A DNA stretch of 64,000 bases from assembly GCA_037481815.1 (NCBI GenBank), contig JBBFKX010000001.1, positions 608,001 to 672,000 on the forward strand, written 5' to 3'. Positions within the stretch are counted from its first letter, which is position 1; each line of letters begins with the position of its first letter. The notes beneath the pieces were generated by a model that saw only the letters and a list, made by a program, of their open reading frames with translations, was not told where the DNA came from and ran no database searches. The position numbers and the translations under genes were made by a program. This document shows, in pieces, positions 39,200-48,448 of this stretch. Origin of the DNA: a candidate division WOR-3 bacterium (GTDB lineage Bacteria; Hydrothermota; 32-111).

Positions 39200-39833
39200 T
39201 TTTGTTTTGATCCTTCTTATCCTAACCGGATGTATAGAGCAGAAAAGGAAGGTAAAAACATTCAATCCCATGCCTTTAACTTCAGGGCAGTTTGTAGAGT
39301 ATGTGAAAGATTCGATACCATACGACTCTTTACATATAAGGTTTCTTTTACTCGAACTTGACCCAAAAGGTTTTTTACTTGAAACCGATTATGTAACTCC
39401 AAAAGAAACTTTAAAGATCAAAACGTTTCATAATATAGATGATAACTATCTTATAGATACTTTTACCGTTCAATACAACAATGATACACCTTTAAAATTT
39501 ATAAATCCGGGGGGCAATTTTATATTTGACTCCCCTATCTCAAACATAATGTTATGGAAAAATTATGTTGATTCAACTAACTGGAGGAGTTTCAATTTAA
39601 AAAATAAAAACTATATAGTTTTTCCTGTAAAGGTTAACTCAGATTCGGTTTACTATTGTGCTGATATACCTGTTTTCAATTTTTTGAGAATGAGGATAAA
39701 AAATCAGATCTTAACAGCTGAACGGTATGGAAACAAGGGAGAAAACTCATATTTTTCAAATGAAAAGGAAAAGGTTTTCTCCGGTGGAGATGTTGAATTA
39801 CCAGAAAATTTAAAAAAAGAATTTAAACCTTGA
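39159..39833 (+). CDS. Hypothetical lipoprotein
   Basis: Hydrophobic stretch plus LTGC lipobox; 224-aa ORF filling the gap; no family recognised. Confidence 0.6.
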   Translation: MCLKNLSKSLNLFSFVLILLILTGCIEQKRKVKTFNPMPLTSGQFVEYVKDSIPYDSLHIRFLLLELDPKGFLLETDYVTPKETLKIKTFHNIDDNYLIDTFTVQYNNDTPLKFINPGGNFIFDSPISNIMLWKNYVDSTNWRSFNLKNKNYIVFPVKVNSDSVYYCADIPVFNFLRMRIKNQILTAERYGNKGENSYFSNEKEKVFSGGDVELPENLKKEFKP

Positions 39834-39857
39834 CAATGGTTTAAAATGCTCTAATAT
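39830..39857 (+). promoter_or_regulatory. sigma70-type promoter of the zapB-zapA-6S-rny operon
   Basis: TTGACA-N16-TAATAT, then GGAGG RBS and ATG 39874. Confidence 0.6.
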
Positions 39858-39873
39858 TATTATTGGAGGAAGA

Positions 39874-40056
39874 ATGGACAATTTTCTGGAAAAACTTGAT
39901 AAACTGAGCAAATATATAGAAGATTTAACTGCAAAATTGAAAGTGCTTGAAGAAGAGAATAACAGGTTGAAAAACAAACTTGAAAAGATTGAAAAAAGGG
40001 ATGAAGAAGCACTTGCAAAACTTGAAGAAGTTTTAAAAAAGATTGATGATCTTTGA
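39874..40056 (+). CDS. Short coiled-coil protein, ZapB-like
   Basis: 60-aa heptad protein with LEEEN.RLK, directly upstream of zapA; GGAGG RBS. Confidence 0.7.
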   Translation: MDNFLEKLDKLSKYIEDLTAKLKVLEEENNRLKNKLEKIEKRDEEALAKLEEVLKKIDDL

Positions 40057-40077
40057 TTTTTTCAGGGATAATAAACT

Positions 40078-40347
40078 ATGTCTAAAAATGAAACAAGAGA
40101 ATTAACTTTACATATTTTCGGTAAGGACTTTTTTATAATGACCGATGCTGATGAGGAGTACACCAAAAAGGTTGCCGAATATCTTACCGATGAGATGAAC
40201 AGTATTGCAAAAAATTTTTCTGGTGAAAAATATGAAAAGATCGTTGTTATCGCATCTTTGAACATTATAGATAAATATTTCACACTGCAAAAACAGTATG
40301 AAGAGATGGAAGAAAAGCTAAACGATCTTCTTGAGAAAATAAAATAG
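40078..40347 (+). CDS. zapA: Cell division protein ZapA
   Basis: I.GK.F......EEY..KVA.YL...M, ..VIASLNI, C-terminal coil; zapA-6S-rny synteny. Confidence 0.85.
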   Translation: MSKNETRELTLHIFGKDFFIMTDADEEYTKKVAEYLTDEMNSIAKNFSGEKYEKIVVIASLNIIDKYFTLQKQYEEMEEKLNDLLEKIK

Positions 40348-40354
40348 TTTATAT

Positions 40355-40527
40355 ATCCCTGCTTTACTTGTGATCGTATATTTTGCTGAACCAACACAAT
40401 GAGTTAGGGAACCGGAAACGACACTATTAGCAAAATTCCTCTTTATGGAATTGTCGTGAAAGTGTCTTAAGGTACCCACCTTTTATTAAGGGCTCAAGCA
40501 AATAATACACACGGTACAAGCGGGGAT
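40355..40527 (+). ncRNA. ssrS: 6S RNA
   Basis: ~173 nt; ends pair (ATCCCTGCTT/AAGCGGGGAT); internal TGAACC...GGGAAC...CCCAC...GGCTCA pattern; canonical position between zapA and rny. Confidence 0.85.
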
Positions 40528-40547
40528 TTTTATTAAGGAGTTTAATT

Positions 40548-42128
40548 ATGAACATGAATTTACTTTTTACAATAATTGGAACATTACTTATCATAATCCT
40601 TGGATTTGTGGGTTATGTTCTCGGTTATTATCTTGGGAAAAAGGCAATTGAAAACAGGTTGAAAAGTGCTGAAGAAAAAGCTGTTAAAATCGTTGAGGAA
40701 GCAAAAAGAGAAGCGGAAGCACAAAAAAGGTTATCACTAATAGAAGCAAAAGAAGAGATAGCGAAGAAGAATGAGCAATTTGAAAAGATCGTAAGGGACA
40801 AAAAAAATGAGATCAGAAGAGCTGAACAATCTATAGAGGACAGAGAAAAAAATCTTGAAAGAAAGAATGAAATGTTGACCAAAAAGGAAACAAACCTCTT
40901 ACAGAGGGAAAGAGAGTTGCTGCTAAAAGAAAAAACAATAAAAGCAAAAAATGATCGATTGACAAAACTTATCGAAGAGGAAAATCTCAAACTCGAACAG
41001 ATCGCACAGATGTCAAAAGAAGAAGCGATAAAAATTCTGATGCAAAATCTTGAAACGGAAGCAAAACTTCAGGCAGCCAACATGATAAAACAGATCAAAG
41101 AGGATGCTTTGCAAAAAGCACACAAAGAAGCGAAAGAGATCATTACACTCGCTATTCAGAGATCAGCAACAGACCATGTTGTTGAATCAACTGTAAGTGT
41201 AGTTTCACTTCCAAACGAAGAGATGAAAGGAAGAATAATCGGAAGAGAAGGAAGAAATATAAGAACTTTTGAAAACGCAACCGGAGTTGAAGTCATAATA
41301 GATGATACACCTGATGCTGTTACGATTTCAGGGTTTGACCCTGTCAGAAGAGAAATAGCAAGATTGTCTTTGATCAAGTTGATCTCTGATGGAAGGATTC
41401 ACCCAACAAGGATAGAAGAGATCGTGAAAAAGACAACAGAAGAGATGGAAGAAAATATAAGAAATATAGGAGAGGAAACTCTCGCTGAACTGAACATTTC
41501 AAACATACACCCTGAAATGATCAAACTTATCGGAAGGTTGAAATACAGAACAAGTTATGGACAGAACATTTTACAACATTCAAAAGAGGTTGCATACCTT
41601 GCACAGATGATGGCTGATGAACTTGAAATCGAAAACAGTTTTCTTGCAAAGAGAGCAGGACTCTTACACGATATCGGGAAATCTGTAGACCAGAATTTTG
41701 AAGGAACACACACGAAAATCGGTGTTGAACTCGCGAAAAAATATGGTGAGGACCCAATCGTGATAAACGCTATCGAAAGTCACCATGGAGATGTTGAACC
41801 AACAAGTTTGATATCAATACTTGTTGCCGCTGCTGATGCGATTTCAGGTGCAAGACCCGGAGCAAGGAGAGAAACTCTCGAAGCGTACATCGAAAGACTC
41901 GAGAAACTTGAAGAGATAGCGAACGGATTCAACGGTGTGGAAAAAGCGTACGCTATTCAGGCCGGAAGAGAGGTCAGAGTCATAGTGATACCAGAACAGA
42001 TTTCAGATGCTGAATCTGAAGAACTCTCACATCAGATCGCAAGAAAGATTGAACAGGAATTGAAATATCCAGGACAGATTAAAGTTACAGTTATAAGGGA
42101 AACCAGATCGATAGATTATGCAAAATAG
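40548..42128 (+). CDS. rny: Ribonuclease Y
   Basis: N-terminal TM and coiled coil, KH ([13 protein letters not shown]), HD (LLHDIGK), [22 protein letters not shown]. Confidence 0.97.
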   Translation: MNMNLLFTIIGTLLIIILGFVGYVLGYYLGKKAIENRLKSAEEKAVKIVEEAKREAEAQKRLSLIEAKEEIAKKNEQFEKIVRDKKNEIRRAEQSIEDREKNLERKNEMLTKKETNLLQRERELLLKEKTIKAKNDRLTKLIEEENLKLEQIAQMSKEEAIKILMQNLETEAKLQAANMIKQIKEDALQKAHKEAKEIITLAIQRSATDHVVESTVSVVSLPNEEMKGRIIGREGRNIRTFENATGVEVIIDDTPDAVTISGFDPVRREIARLSLIKLISDGRIHPTRIEEIVKKTTEEMEENIRNIGEETLAELNISNIHPEMIKLIGRLKYRTSYGQNILQHSKEVAYLAQMMADELEIENSFLAKRAGLLHDIGKSVDQNFEGTHTKIGVELAKKYGEDPIVINAIESHHGDVEPTSLISILVAAADAISGARPGARRETLEAYIERLEKLEEIANGFNGVEKAYAIQAGREVRVIVIPEQISDAESEELSHQIARKIEQELKYPGQIKVTVIRETRSIDYAK

Positions 42129-42903
42129 TTTAAAAGTGATTTTTATCGGTGATATAATAGGTAAAGCAGGCAGGAACGCTTTACAGAAAGGTATTTTGGA
42201 TTTAAAAGATTTTTATTTCCCTGATTTCATGATTGCAAACGGAGAAAACCTCGCTGGTGGTTTTGGGATCACAAAAAAAACAACAGATTTCATTTTCTCA
42301 CTTGGTATAAACTGTATCACAAGTGGCAACCATATCTGGGATAACAAAGAGTACGTTGAACTTTTAAGTGACGAAAGGATTTTAAGACCTTTGAACTACC
42401 ATAAAGATCTTCCTGGAAAAGGAACAAAAGTTTTTATGGTCAAAGGTATAGAGTTAGAGGTTATAAACCTTTGTGGTCGAGTGTTTATGCAACCACTTGA
42501 CTGTCCTTTCAAAACCATAGATGAACATCTAAAAGATAAGAAAGAGATGATAAGGATAGTTGATTTCCATGCAGAAGCAACTGCTGAAAAACAATCTTTT
42601 GGGTTCTATCTTGATGGAAAAGTTTCCGCTGTGATCGGAACACATACACACTGTCAAACAGCCGACGAAAGGATACTTGAGAATGGTACAGGTTTTATCA
42701 CGGATGTTGGTATGACAGGTAGTTTTGATTCTGTTATAGGATTTGAAAAGGAAGGTGCTTTAAAAAGAACGATATACCAGATACCACAGAGATTCGAGGT
42801 CGCTAAAAAGAATCTTGTGATTAACGGGTTGTTTCTGGAAATCGGAGTTTCAGATTTTAAAACTTTAAAAATTGAGAGGATTTTTAAATATGTATCAGAT
42901 TGA
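42118..42903 (+). CDS. ymdB: YmdB/TIGR00282 metallophosphoesterase
   Basis: GDI.G, NGEN.AGG.G, TSGNH.WD, DFHAEAT.EK, GTHTH.QT.D, TD.GMTG; follows rny. Confidence 0.93.
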   Translation: MQNSLKVIFIGDIIGKAGRNALQKGILDLKDFYFPDFMIANGENLAGGFGITKKTTDFIFSLGINCITSGNHIWDNKEYVELLSDERILRPLNYHKDLPGKGTKVFMVKGIELEVINLCGRVFMQPLDCPFKTIDEHLKDKKEMIRIVDFHAEATAEKQSFGFYLDGKVSAVIGTHTHCQTADERILENGTGFITDVGMTGSFDSVIGFEKEGALKRTIYQIPQRFEVAKKNLVINGLFLEIGVSDFKTLKIERIFKYVSD

Positions 42904-43723
42904 TGGAAAAAAGATATCAAACAAAATGATGGAGGACTCAAGAGAAAAATTTGAAAAATACAGACCAAAACTCGCTGTTGTTTTTATCGGAAACTCCCCT
43001 TCAACAATTTCTTATATAAAATCAAAATCAAAGATCGCTCAGAACTATTCAATAGATATAGAACAATTTAACTACGATGAGAATATAGCAGAGGAAATTT
43101 TTTTGAATGAACTCAATAGGATATCGAACAGAAAAGATATCGACGGTATAATAGTTGAAAAACCTTTACCTGAACATATAGACATAAAAAAAGTTTCTCA
43201 GGTTGTAGATTTTAAAAAGGATGTTGATTGTATAAATCTTATAAATTATGGTAAACTTATAACCGATGACTTTATCATCGCACCTTCAACTCCGATGGCT
43301 GTGTTAAACATTTTAAAACATGAGAACATAGATTTCGCTGGAAAGAATGTTTCAATAATAGGCAGATCAGAAATCGTTGGAAAACCTCTTGCCCTTCTTT
43401 TCTTATCTAAAAAGTTTGGAGGAGCAACCGTCACAGTTTTACATTCAAAATCAAAAGATATAAAAGAACACACCAAAAGATCCGACATCATAGTTGCTGC
43501 TTTAGGAAAACCATATTTTTTAACAAAAGATTACATTCAAAATGATCAAGTGATACTTATAGATGTTGGAATAAACAACTTTGAAGGGAAAATCGTCGGG
43601 GACATATCACCTGAAACATATCCTCTCGTTAAAGCGTACACCCCTGTACCAGGTGGAGTTGGACCCGTAACAGTTTCCACTCTCTTTAACAATCTTTTGA
43701 TTTTGAAAGAGCATTATGGATGA
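42890..43723 (+). CDS. folD: Methylenetetrahydrofolate dehydrogenase/cyclohydrolase
   Basis: IDGK, KDVD, PSTP, GRS.IVGKP, ATVT..HS, IDVGIN, TPVPGGVGP.T; ATG 42890. Confidence 0.93.
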   Translation: MYQIDGKKISNKMMEDSREKFEKYRPKLAVVFIGNSPSTISYIKSKSKIAQNYSIDIEQFNYDENIAEEIFLNELNRISNRKDIDGIIVEKPLPEHIDIKKVSQVVDFKKDVDCINLINYGKLITDDFIIAPSTPMAVLNILKHENIDFAGKNVSIIGRSEIVGKPLALLFLSKKFGGATVTVLHSKSKDIKEHTKRSDIIVAALGKPYFLTKDYIQNDQVILIDVGINNFEGKIVGDISPETYPLVKAYTPVPGGVGPVTVSTLFNNLLILKEHYG

Positions 43724-45050
43724 AAAAGTTTTTACTGTAACCGAGATTACAAATATACTCAAAGAAACGATTTCAAAAAAATTCCCCTCACTTTTTAATA
43801 TTACAGGTGAAATTACAAACTGGAATCCGAGTAGTTCCGGACATATCTATTTTTCACTTAAAGATGAATTCTCTTTGATCAAAAGTGTTATATGGAGATC
43901 AACGAATATAAAAAAAGATTTTAAAGATGGTGACAAAGTCATAGCAACAGGATACCTGACAATATATGAGAAACAGGGAACGTATCAGATTATAGTTGTT
44001 GACATGAAGATTTCCGGTGTCGGGGAACTTTATGAAAAATTTTTGAAACTTAAAGAAAAACTGGAAAAAGAAGGTCTGTTTGATAAAGAAAGAAAGAAAA
44101 GATTACCTGAATATCCTTTATCCGTAGGTATAATAACATCGGAAACAGGTTCAGTAATACATGATATTTTGAATATATTAAACAGAAGAGCTCCATATTT
44201 AAAAAAATATCTCTACCCTGCACTCGTTCAGGGAGAAGGGAGTGAAAAAACCATTATTAAAGGGTTACAATATTTCAACAGAGAGAAAAATGTTGATCTT
44301 ATAATTATCGCCCGGGGAGGAGGATCTTTTGAGGATCTTTTCATATTCAACGATGAAACTCTTGCACGGGAGATAGCAAGATCAAAAATACCTGTTGTTT
44401 CAGCGGTCGGGCATGAAACTGATTTCACCATTTGCGATTTCGTTTCAGATCTCAGAGCCCCAACTCCATCAGCGGCAGCTGAGATAATAGTAAAGCATAT
44501 AGATGATATAACATCGTTTCTTTCAAGATCAAAAAATGATCTAAAAAAAGAATTAACCGATCGTTTGAAGAAAACAAAAAAAGATTTTTTAAACCTCAGA
44601 CAGAACTTCTTCATATCAGCACAGGTACCTTTGAACAAGAAAAAGGAAAGAATCGGTTTTTTACTTGAGGAGTTAGAAAACCTTCTGGAAGAAAAAATGA
44701 AAATGATCAAAAACAAAAAAGAGTTTTTAAAGAACGAAATCTTTAAAAATTCCCCTCTTGTAAAAATTCTTGAAAAAGAAAAATTTGTTGATATGATTAA
44801 AAATGAACTTGTTAACAGTTTGAGAATAAAGTTTGAGAAAGTAAAACAAAAAACAGAGATTTTGAAAACAAATCTGATAAATTTGAATCCAAAGGAGATT
44901 CTAAAAAGAGGGTTTTCTATCACTCTGAATGAAACCGGAGAAATTGTAAAATCAATAAAAAATCTAAATATCGATTCAAAAATAAATATAATCTTTATAG
45001 ATGGAAATGTTAACGCTGATGTCAAAAAAATTGAAGAGGAGAAATTATGA
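43716..45050 (+). CDS. xseA: Exodeoxyribonuclease VII large subunit
   Basis: GEI.N.....SGH.YF.LKD, VQG, RGGGS.EDL..FN.E, SAVGHETD.T..D.V.D.RAPTPSAAAE. Confidence 0.96.
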   Translation: MDEKVFTVTEITNILKETISKKFPSLFNITGEITNWNPSSSGHIYFSLKDEFSLIKSVIWRSTNIKKDFKDGDKVIATGYLTIYEKQGTYQIIVVDMKISGVGELYEKFLKLKEKLEKEGLFDKERKKRLPEYPLSVGIITSETGSVIHDILNILNRRAPYLKKYLYPALVQGEGSEKTIIKGLQYFNREKNVDLIIIARGGGSFEDLFIFNDETLAREIARSKIPVVSAVGHETDFTICDFVSDLRAPTPSAAAEIIVKHIDDITSFLSRSKNDLKKELTDRLKKTKKDFLNLRQNFFISAQVPLNKKKERIGFLLEELENLLEEKMKMIKNKKEFLKNEIFKNSPLVKILEKEKFVDMIKNELVNSLRIKFEKVKQKTEILKTNLINLNPKEILKRGFSITLNETGEIVKSIKNLNIDSKINIIFIDGNVNADVKKIEEEKL

Positions 45051-45244
45051 AAGATGAAAAACTTGAGGATAAGATAAAAGAGATCGAAGAGATCGTAAAG
45101 AATCTCAAAGATGAAAATATAGATATTAAAAAATCCATAGAGATGTATGAGAAAGGAATAAAATTGATCAAAGAGGTTGAAGAACAGATAAAAGTTTTTG
45201 AAGAAAAAATAAAAAAAATAGTTGAAGAGAGTCAGGATGAATAA
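45047..45244 (+). CDS. xseB: Exodeoxyribonuclease VII small subunit
   Basis: LE.....EEIV..L......I..S...YE.G..L; lies between xseA and ispA. Confidence 0.85.
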   Translation: MKDEKLEDKIKEIEEIVKNLKDENIDIKKSIEMYEKGIKLIKEVEEQIKVFEEKIKKIVEESQDE

Positions 45245-46124
45245 TTTTGAAAAATATGTTCAAGAGAAAAAGAAATTCGTTGATGAAAATTTAAAAAAAT
45301 ATTTTCTGAAAAAAGGAAAATACTCAGAAAAACTTTATGAGGCGATGTATTACTCTATAGAAGCAGGTGGGAAACGGTTAAGACCACTGATTTTTTTGAG
45401 TGTTGCTGAAGAACTTACAGAAAAAAGAAAGATCAAAGATCTGTTGCCTGCTGCTTTATCTATAGAGATGATACACACATATTCTTTGATACATGATGAT
45501 CTTCCGGCAATGGATAACGATGATCTAAGACGAGGAAAACCGACCCTGCACAAAAAATATGATGAAACAGTTGCGATTCTTGCTGGTGATGCACTTTTCG
45601 CTTATGCTATAGAAGTTTTCCTAAAAACAAAAGCAGAAGAAAAAAATCTTGTTGAAGGTTTAAAACATCTGATCAGGGCTGCTGGAATGGATGGAATGGT
45701 TGTTGGACAATTCGTTGATACAAAGAATGAATTTTACAAACAGGATGAAAAAACTCTAAAATTTATCCATACTAAAAAAACAGCAGAACTTATAAAGGTC
45801 TCTTTTTCTTTACCACCGATACTTCTTGGATATGATAAAAAAATTGTTTCTGATTTTGAAAAATTAGGAATCCATTCAGGACTCCTGTTTCAAATAGTTG
45901 ATGATATACTCGATAGTACGACTCCATCAGAAATTCTTGGTAAAACAGCGGGAAAGGATGAAAAACAGAACAAATTGACCTATGTGAGTTTATACGGTCT
46001 TGAAAAAGCAAAAGAATACGCATCACAGGAAGCAAAAAAAGCTTTAAAGATTGCAAAAAAACTTGATCTTGAAAAAGGAAAGATAGATAAAATTATAGAA
46101 CTCTTTTTAACAAGGATCAACTGA
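45237..46124 (+). CDS. ispA: Farnesyl/geranylgeranyl diphosphate synthase
   Basis: GGKRLRP, EMIHTYSLIHDDLPAMDNDDLRRGKPT, AILAGD, KTA, FQI.DD.LD, GK..GKD; ATG 45237. Confidence 0.95.
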   Translation: MNNFEKYVQEKKKFVDENLKKYFLKKGKYSEKLYEAMYYSIEAGGKRLRPLIFLSVAEELTEKRKIKDLLPAALSIEMIHTYSLIHDDLPAMDNDDLRRGKPTLHKKYDETVAILAGDALFAYAIEVFLKTKAEEKNLVEGLKHLIRAAGMDGMVVGQFVDTKNEFYKQDEKTLKFIHTKKTAELIKVSFSLPPILLGYDKKIVSDFEKLGIHSGLLFQIVDDILDSTTPSEILGKTAGKDEKQNKLTYVSLYGLEKAKEYASQEAKKALKIAKKLDLEKGKIDKIIELFLTRIN

Positions 46125-46549
46125 TGTTAACTTTAAAAATTCTTCTGGTAACCCTTTTAAGTGGAATCACCGCACAGGCGATCAAGGTCATAAGTTATTT
46201 TATTGAAAACAGAAAAATAAATTTTAAAAGGTTTTTTGAAACAGGTGGAATGCCGAGTTCACACTCTTCAACATCTTCAACTCTAACTACACTTGTCGGA
46301 TTTTACGGAGGATTCGATTCACTCTATTTTTCGATAGCAGCATTCTTTTCCTTTGTAATAATGTACGATGCTGCCGGACTCAGAAGAGCAGCAGGAAAAC
46401 AGGCAATGGTTCTGAACAAGATAGTTGAAGATTTTAAAATAGAACATAAATTCAAAGAAAAACGGTTGATGGAACTTTTAGGGCATACTCCACTTGAAGT
46501 TTTTTATGGTGCTTTGCTCGGTATACTTATTGCTATAATCTTTAAGTAA
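46124..46549 (+). CDS. Divergent PAP2 family membrane protein (DUF212/YuiD-like)
   Basis: AQ.IK, TGGMPSSHS, MYDA.G.RR.AG.QA..LN, L.ELLGHTP.EV. Confidence 0.92.
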   Translation: MLTLKILLVTLLSGITAQAIKVISYFIENRKINFKRFFETGGMPSSHSSTSSTLTTLVGFYGGFDSLYFSIAAFFSFVIMYDAAGLRRAAGKQAMVLNKIVEDFKIEHKFKEKRLMELLGHTPLEVFYGALLGILIAIIFK

Positions 46550-46558
46550 GAGGGAAAT

Positions 46559-48448
46559 ATGGACGAAATTTTAAACAGGGTTAACAGTCCAGAGGATCTA
46601 AAAAAATTATCCATCGAAGAGTTGTATGAACTTGCAAGTGATATCAGATATTTTATCATCGAAAACACATCGAAAACTGGTGGACATCTTGCACCATCAC
46701 TCGGTGCAGTTGAACTTATAATAGCGTTACATTATGTTTTCGATTCTCCAAAAGATAAGATAATTTTTGATGTTGGGCATCAATCTTACGCTCATAAAAT
46801 TCTGACTGGAAGAAAAGATAGATTTTCTACATTACGAACATACAAAGGAATCAGTGGATTCAATAACATTTTTGAAAGTGAACATGATCATTTAACCGTG
46901 GGACATGCAGGAACATCACTCTCAGCAGCACTCGGAATGGCTGTTGCAAGGGATTTGAAACATGAAAATTTTGAGATAATAAATGTTATAGGTGATGGTT
47001 CGATGACGAATGGGCTTGTTTATGAAGCGTTGAACAACCTTGGAACTTTAAGAAACAAGATCATAATAGTTTTAAACGATAACAATATGTCGATATCCCA
47101 AAATGTTGGCGGGATATCACAATATTTGAATAAACTTCAAAGAACTCCCGTCTATACAAATCTGAAAAAGGATCTATGGCAACTCATGGGAAAACTCCCT
47201 GATGGTCTGAGCCAAAAAACAAGAGATATTGCAAGAAGGATGAAAGAATCTTTAAAAAACTTTTTTATCCCAACAATATTTTTTGAGGAGTTCGGAGTAA
47301 GATACATAGGTCCTCTTGATGGTCATAAACTTGAAGATCTCATCCCTACTTTCCAGTATGCAAAAAATTATCCCTTACCGATTCTGATACATGCGATCAC
47401 TCAGAAAGGTAGAGGTTATATTTTTGCTGAAAAGGACCCAACAAAATTTCATGGACTCGGGAAATTTGATAAAGAAACCGGTGTTTCAGAAAAAACATCC
47501 AACAGGTTGAAATACACTGATGTTTTTGGAAAGACGATAACAGAGTTTGCAAAAGAGAATGAGAAAATTATAGGGATAACAGCAGCGATGCCTGATGGAA
47601 CAGGGCTATCATACTTTCGTGATCAGATCCCTGAAAGATTCTTTGATGTTGGAATTGCGGAAGAACACGCTGTTTTATTCTCAGTCGGATTATCCTTACA
47701 GGGATATAAACCTGTTTGTGCTATCTATTCAACATTTTTACAGAGAGGTTATGACCAGTTGATACACGATGTATCTTTGATGAAAAGGAACATATTCTTT
47801 GTTCTTGACCGTGCCGGAATAGTTGGAGATGATGGTCCCACACATCATGGACTTTTTGACCTATCTTATCTGAGAACCGTTCCCGATATGGTAATAATGT
47901 CACCAAAAGATGAGGATGAACTAAGGAGTATGGTGAAACTTGGAATAGAATACAACGAAGGACCTATCGCTTTAAGATATCCAAGAGGTGAAGGTTACGG
48001 TTTAGATATAACCGGTCAGATCAAAGAGATTGAAATTGGTAAAGGAGAACTTTTGCTCGATGGAGAAAAAATCGTAATCGTCGCAATCGGTAGTATGGTT
48101 TACCCTTCAAAGAATGCGGCTTTAAAATGTAAAGAAAAATATGGATTCTATCCAACGCTCATAAATGCAAGGTTCGTCAGGCCATTTGATTCCGATCTTT
48201 TATTCTCAAAGATTAAAAACGATGAAGTCATCATAACAGTTGAGGAAAACGTTTTATCAGGTGGATTTGGAGAATATGTCAGAAGAATTTTAAGTGAGAA
48301 AAACTATAGAAACAAAATTGTTAACATTGGAATTAACGATAAGTTCGTTGAGATGGGATCAATTCAAATTTTAAAAGAGATCGAAGGACTCGATGAAAAT
48401 GGAATTTTTAAAAAGATCGAGGAGATAGTTGATGAAAAACATTCTTAA
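46559..48448 (+). CDS. dxs: 1-deoxy-D-xylulose-5-phosphate synthase
   Basis: GGHL...LG.VEL, DVGHQ.Y.HK.LTGR, GDG......EALNN, NDN.MSI, DVGIAE.HA, YSTFLQR.YDQ, DG.THHG. Confidence 0.97.
   Translation: MDEILNRVNSPEDLKKLSIEELYELASDIRYFIIENTSKTGGHLAPSLGAVELIIALHYVFDSPKDKIIFDVGHQSYAHKILTGRKDRFSTLRTYKGISGFNNIFESEHDHLTVGHAGTSLSAALGMAVARDLKHENFEIINVIGDGSMTNGLVYEALNNLGTLRNKIIIVLNDNNMSISQNVGGISQYLNKLQRTPVYTNLKKDLWQLMGKLPDGLSQKTRDIARRMKESLKNFFIPTIFFEEFGVRYIGPLDGHKLEDLIPTFQYAKNYPLPILIHAITQKGRGYIFAEKDPTKFHGLGKFDKETGVSEKTSNRLKYTDVFGKTITEFAKENEKIIGITAAMPDGTGLSYFRDQIPERFFDVGIAEEHAVLFSVGLSLQGYKPVCAIYSTFLQRGYDQLIHDVSLMKRNIFFVLDRAGIVGDDGPTHHGLFDLSYLRTVPDMVIMSPKDEDELRSMVKLGIEYNEGPIALRYPRGEGYGLDITGQIKEIEIGKGELLLDGEKIVIVAIGSMVYPSKNAALKCKEKYGFYPTLINARFVRPFDSDLLFSKIKNDEVIITVEENVLSGGFGEYVRRILSEKNYRNKIVNIGINDKFVEMGSIQILKEIEGLDENGIFKKIEEIVDEKHS

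Noticed and set aside
40062..40397. Minus-strand ORF over zapA/6S
   Set aside because: Antisense to well-supported zapA and 6S RNA
44228..45025. 265-aa antisense ORF opposite xseA, and the many other 60-130 aa shadow ORFs
   Set aside because: F/S/I/L-rich mirror translations of K/E-rich sense genes, with no RBS or motifs
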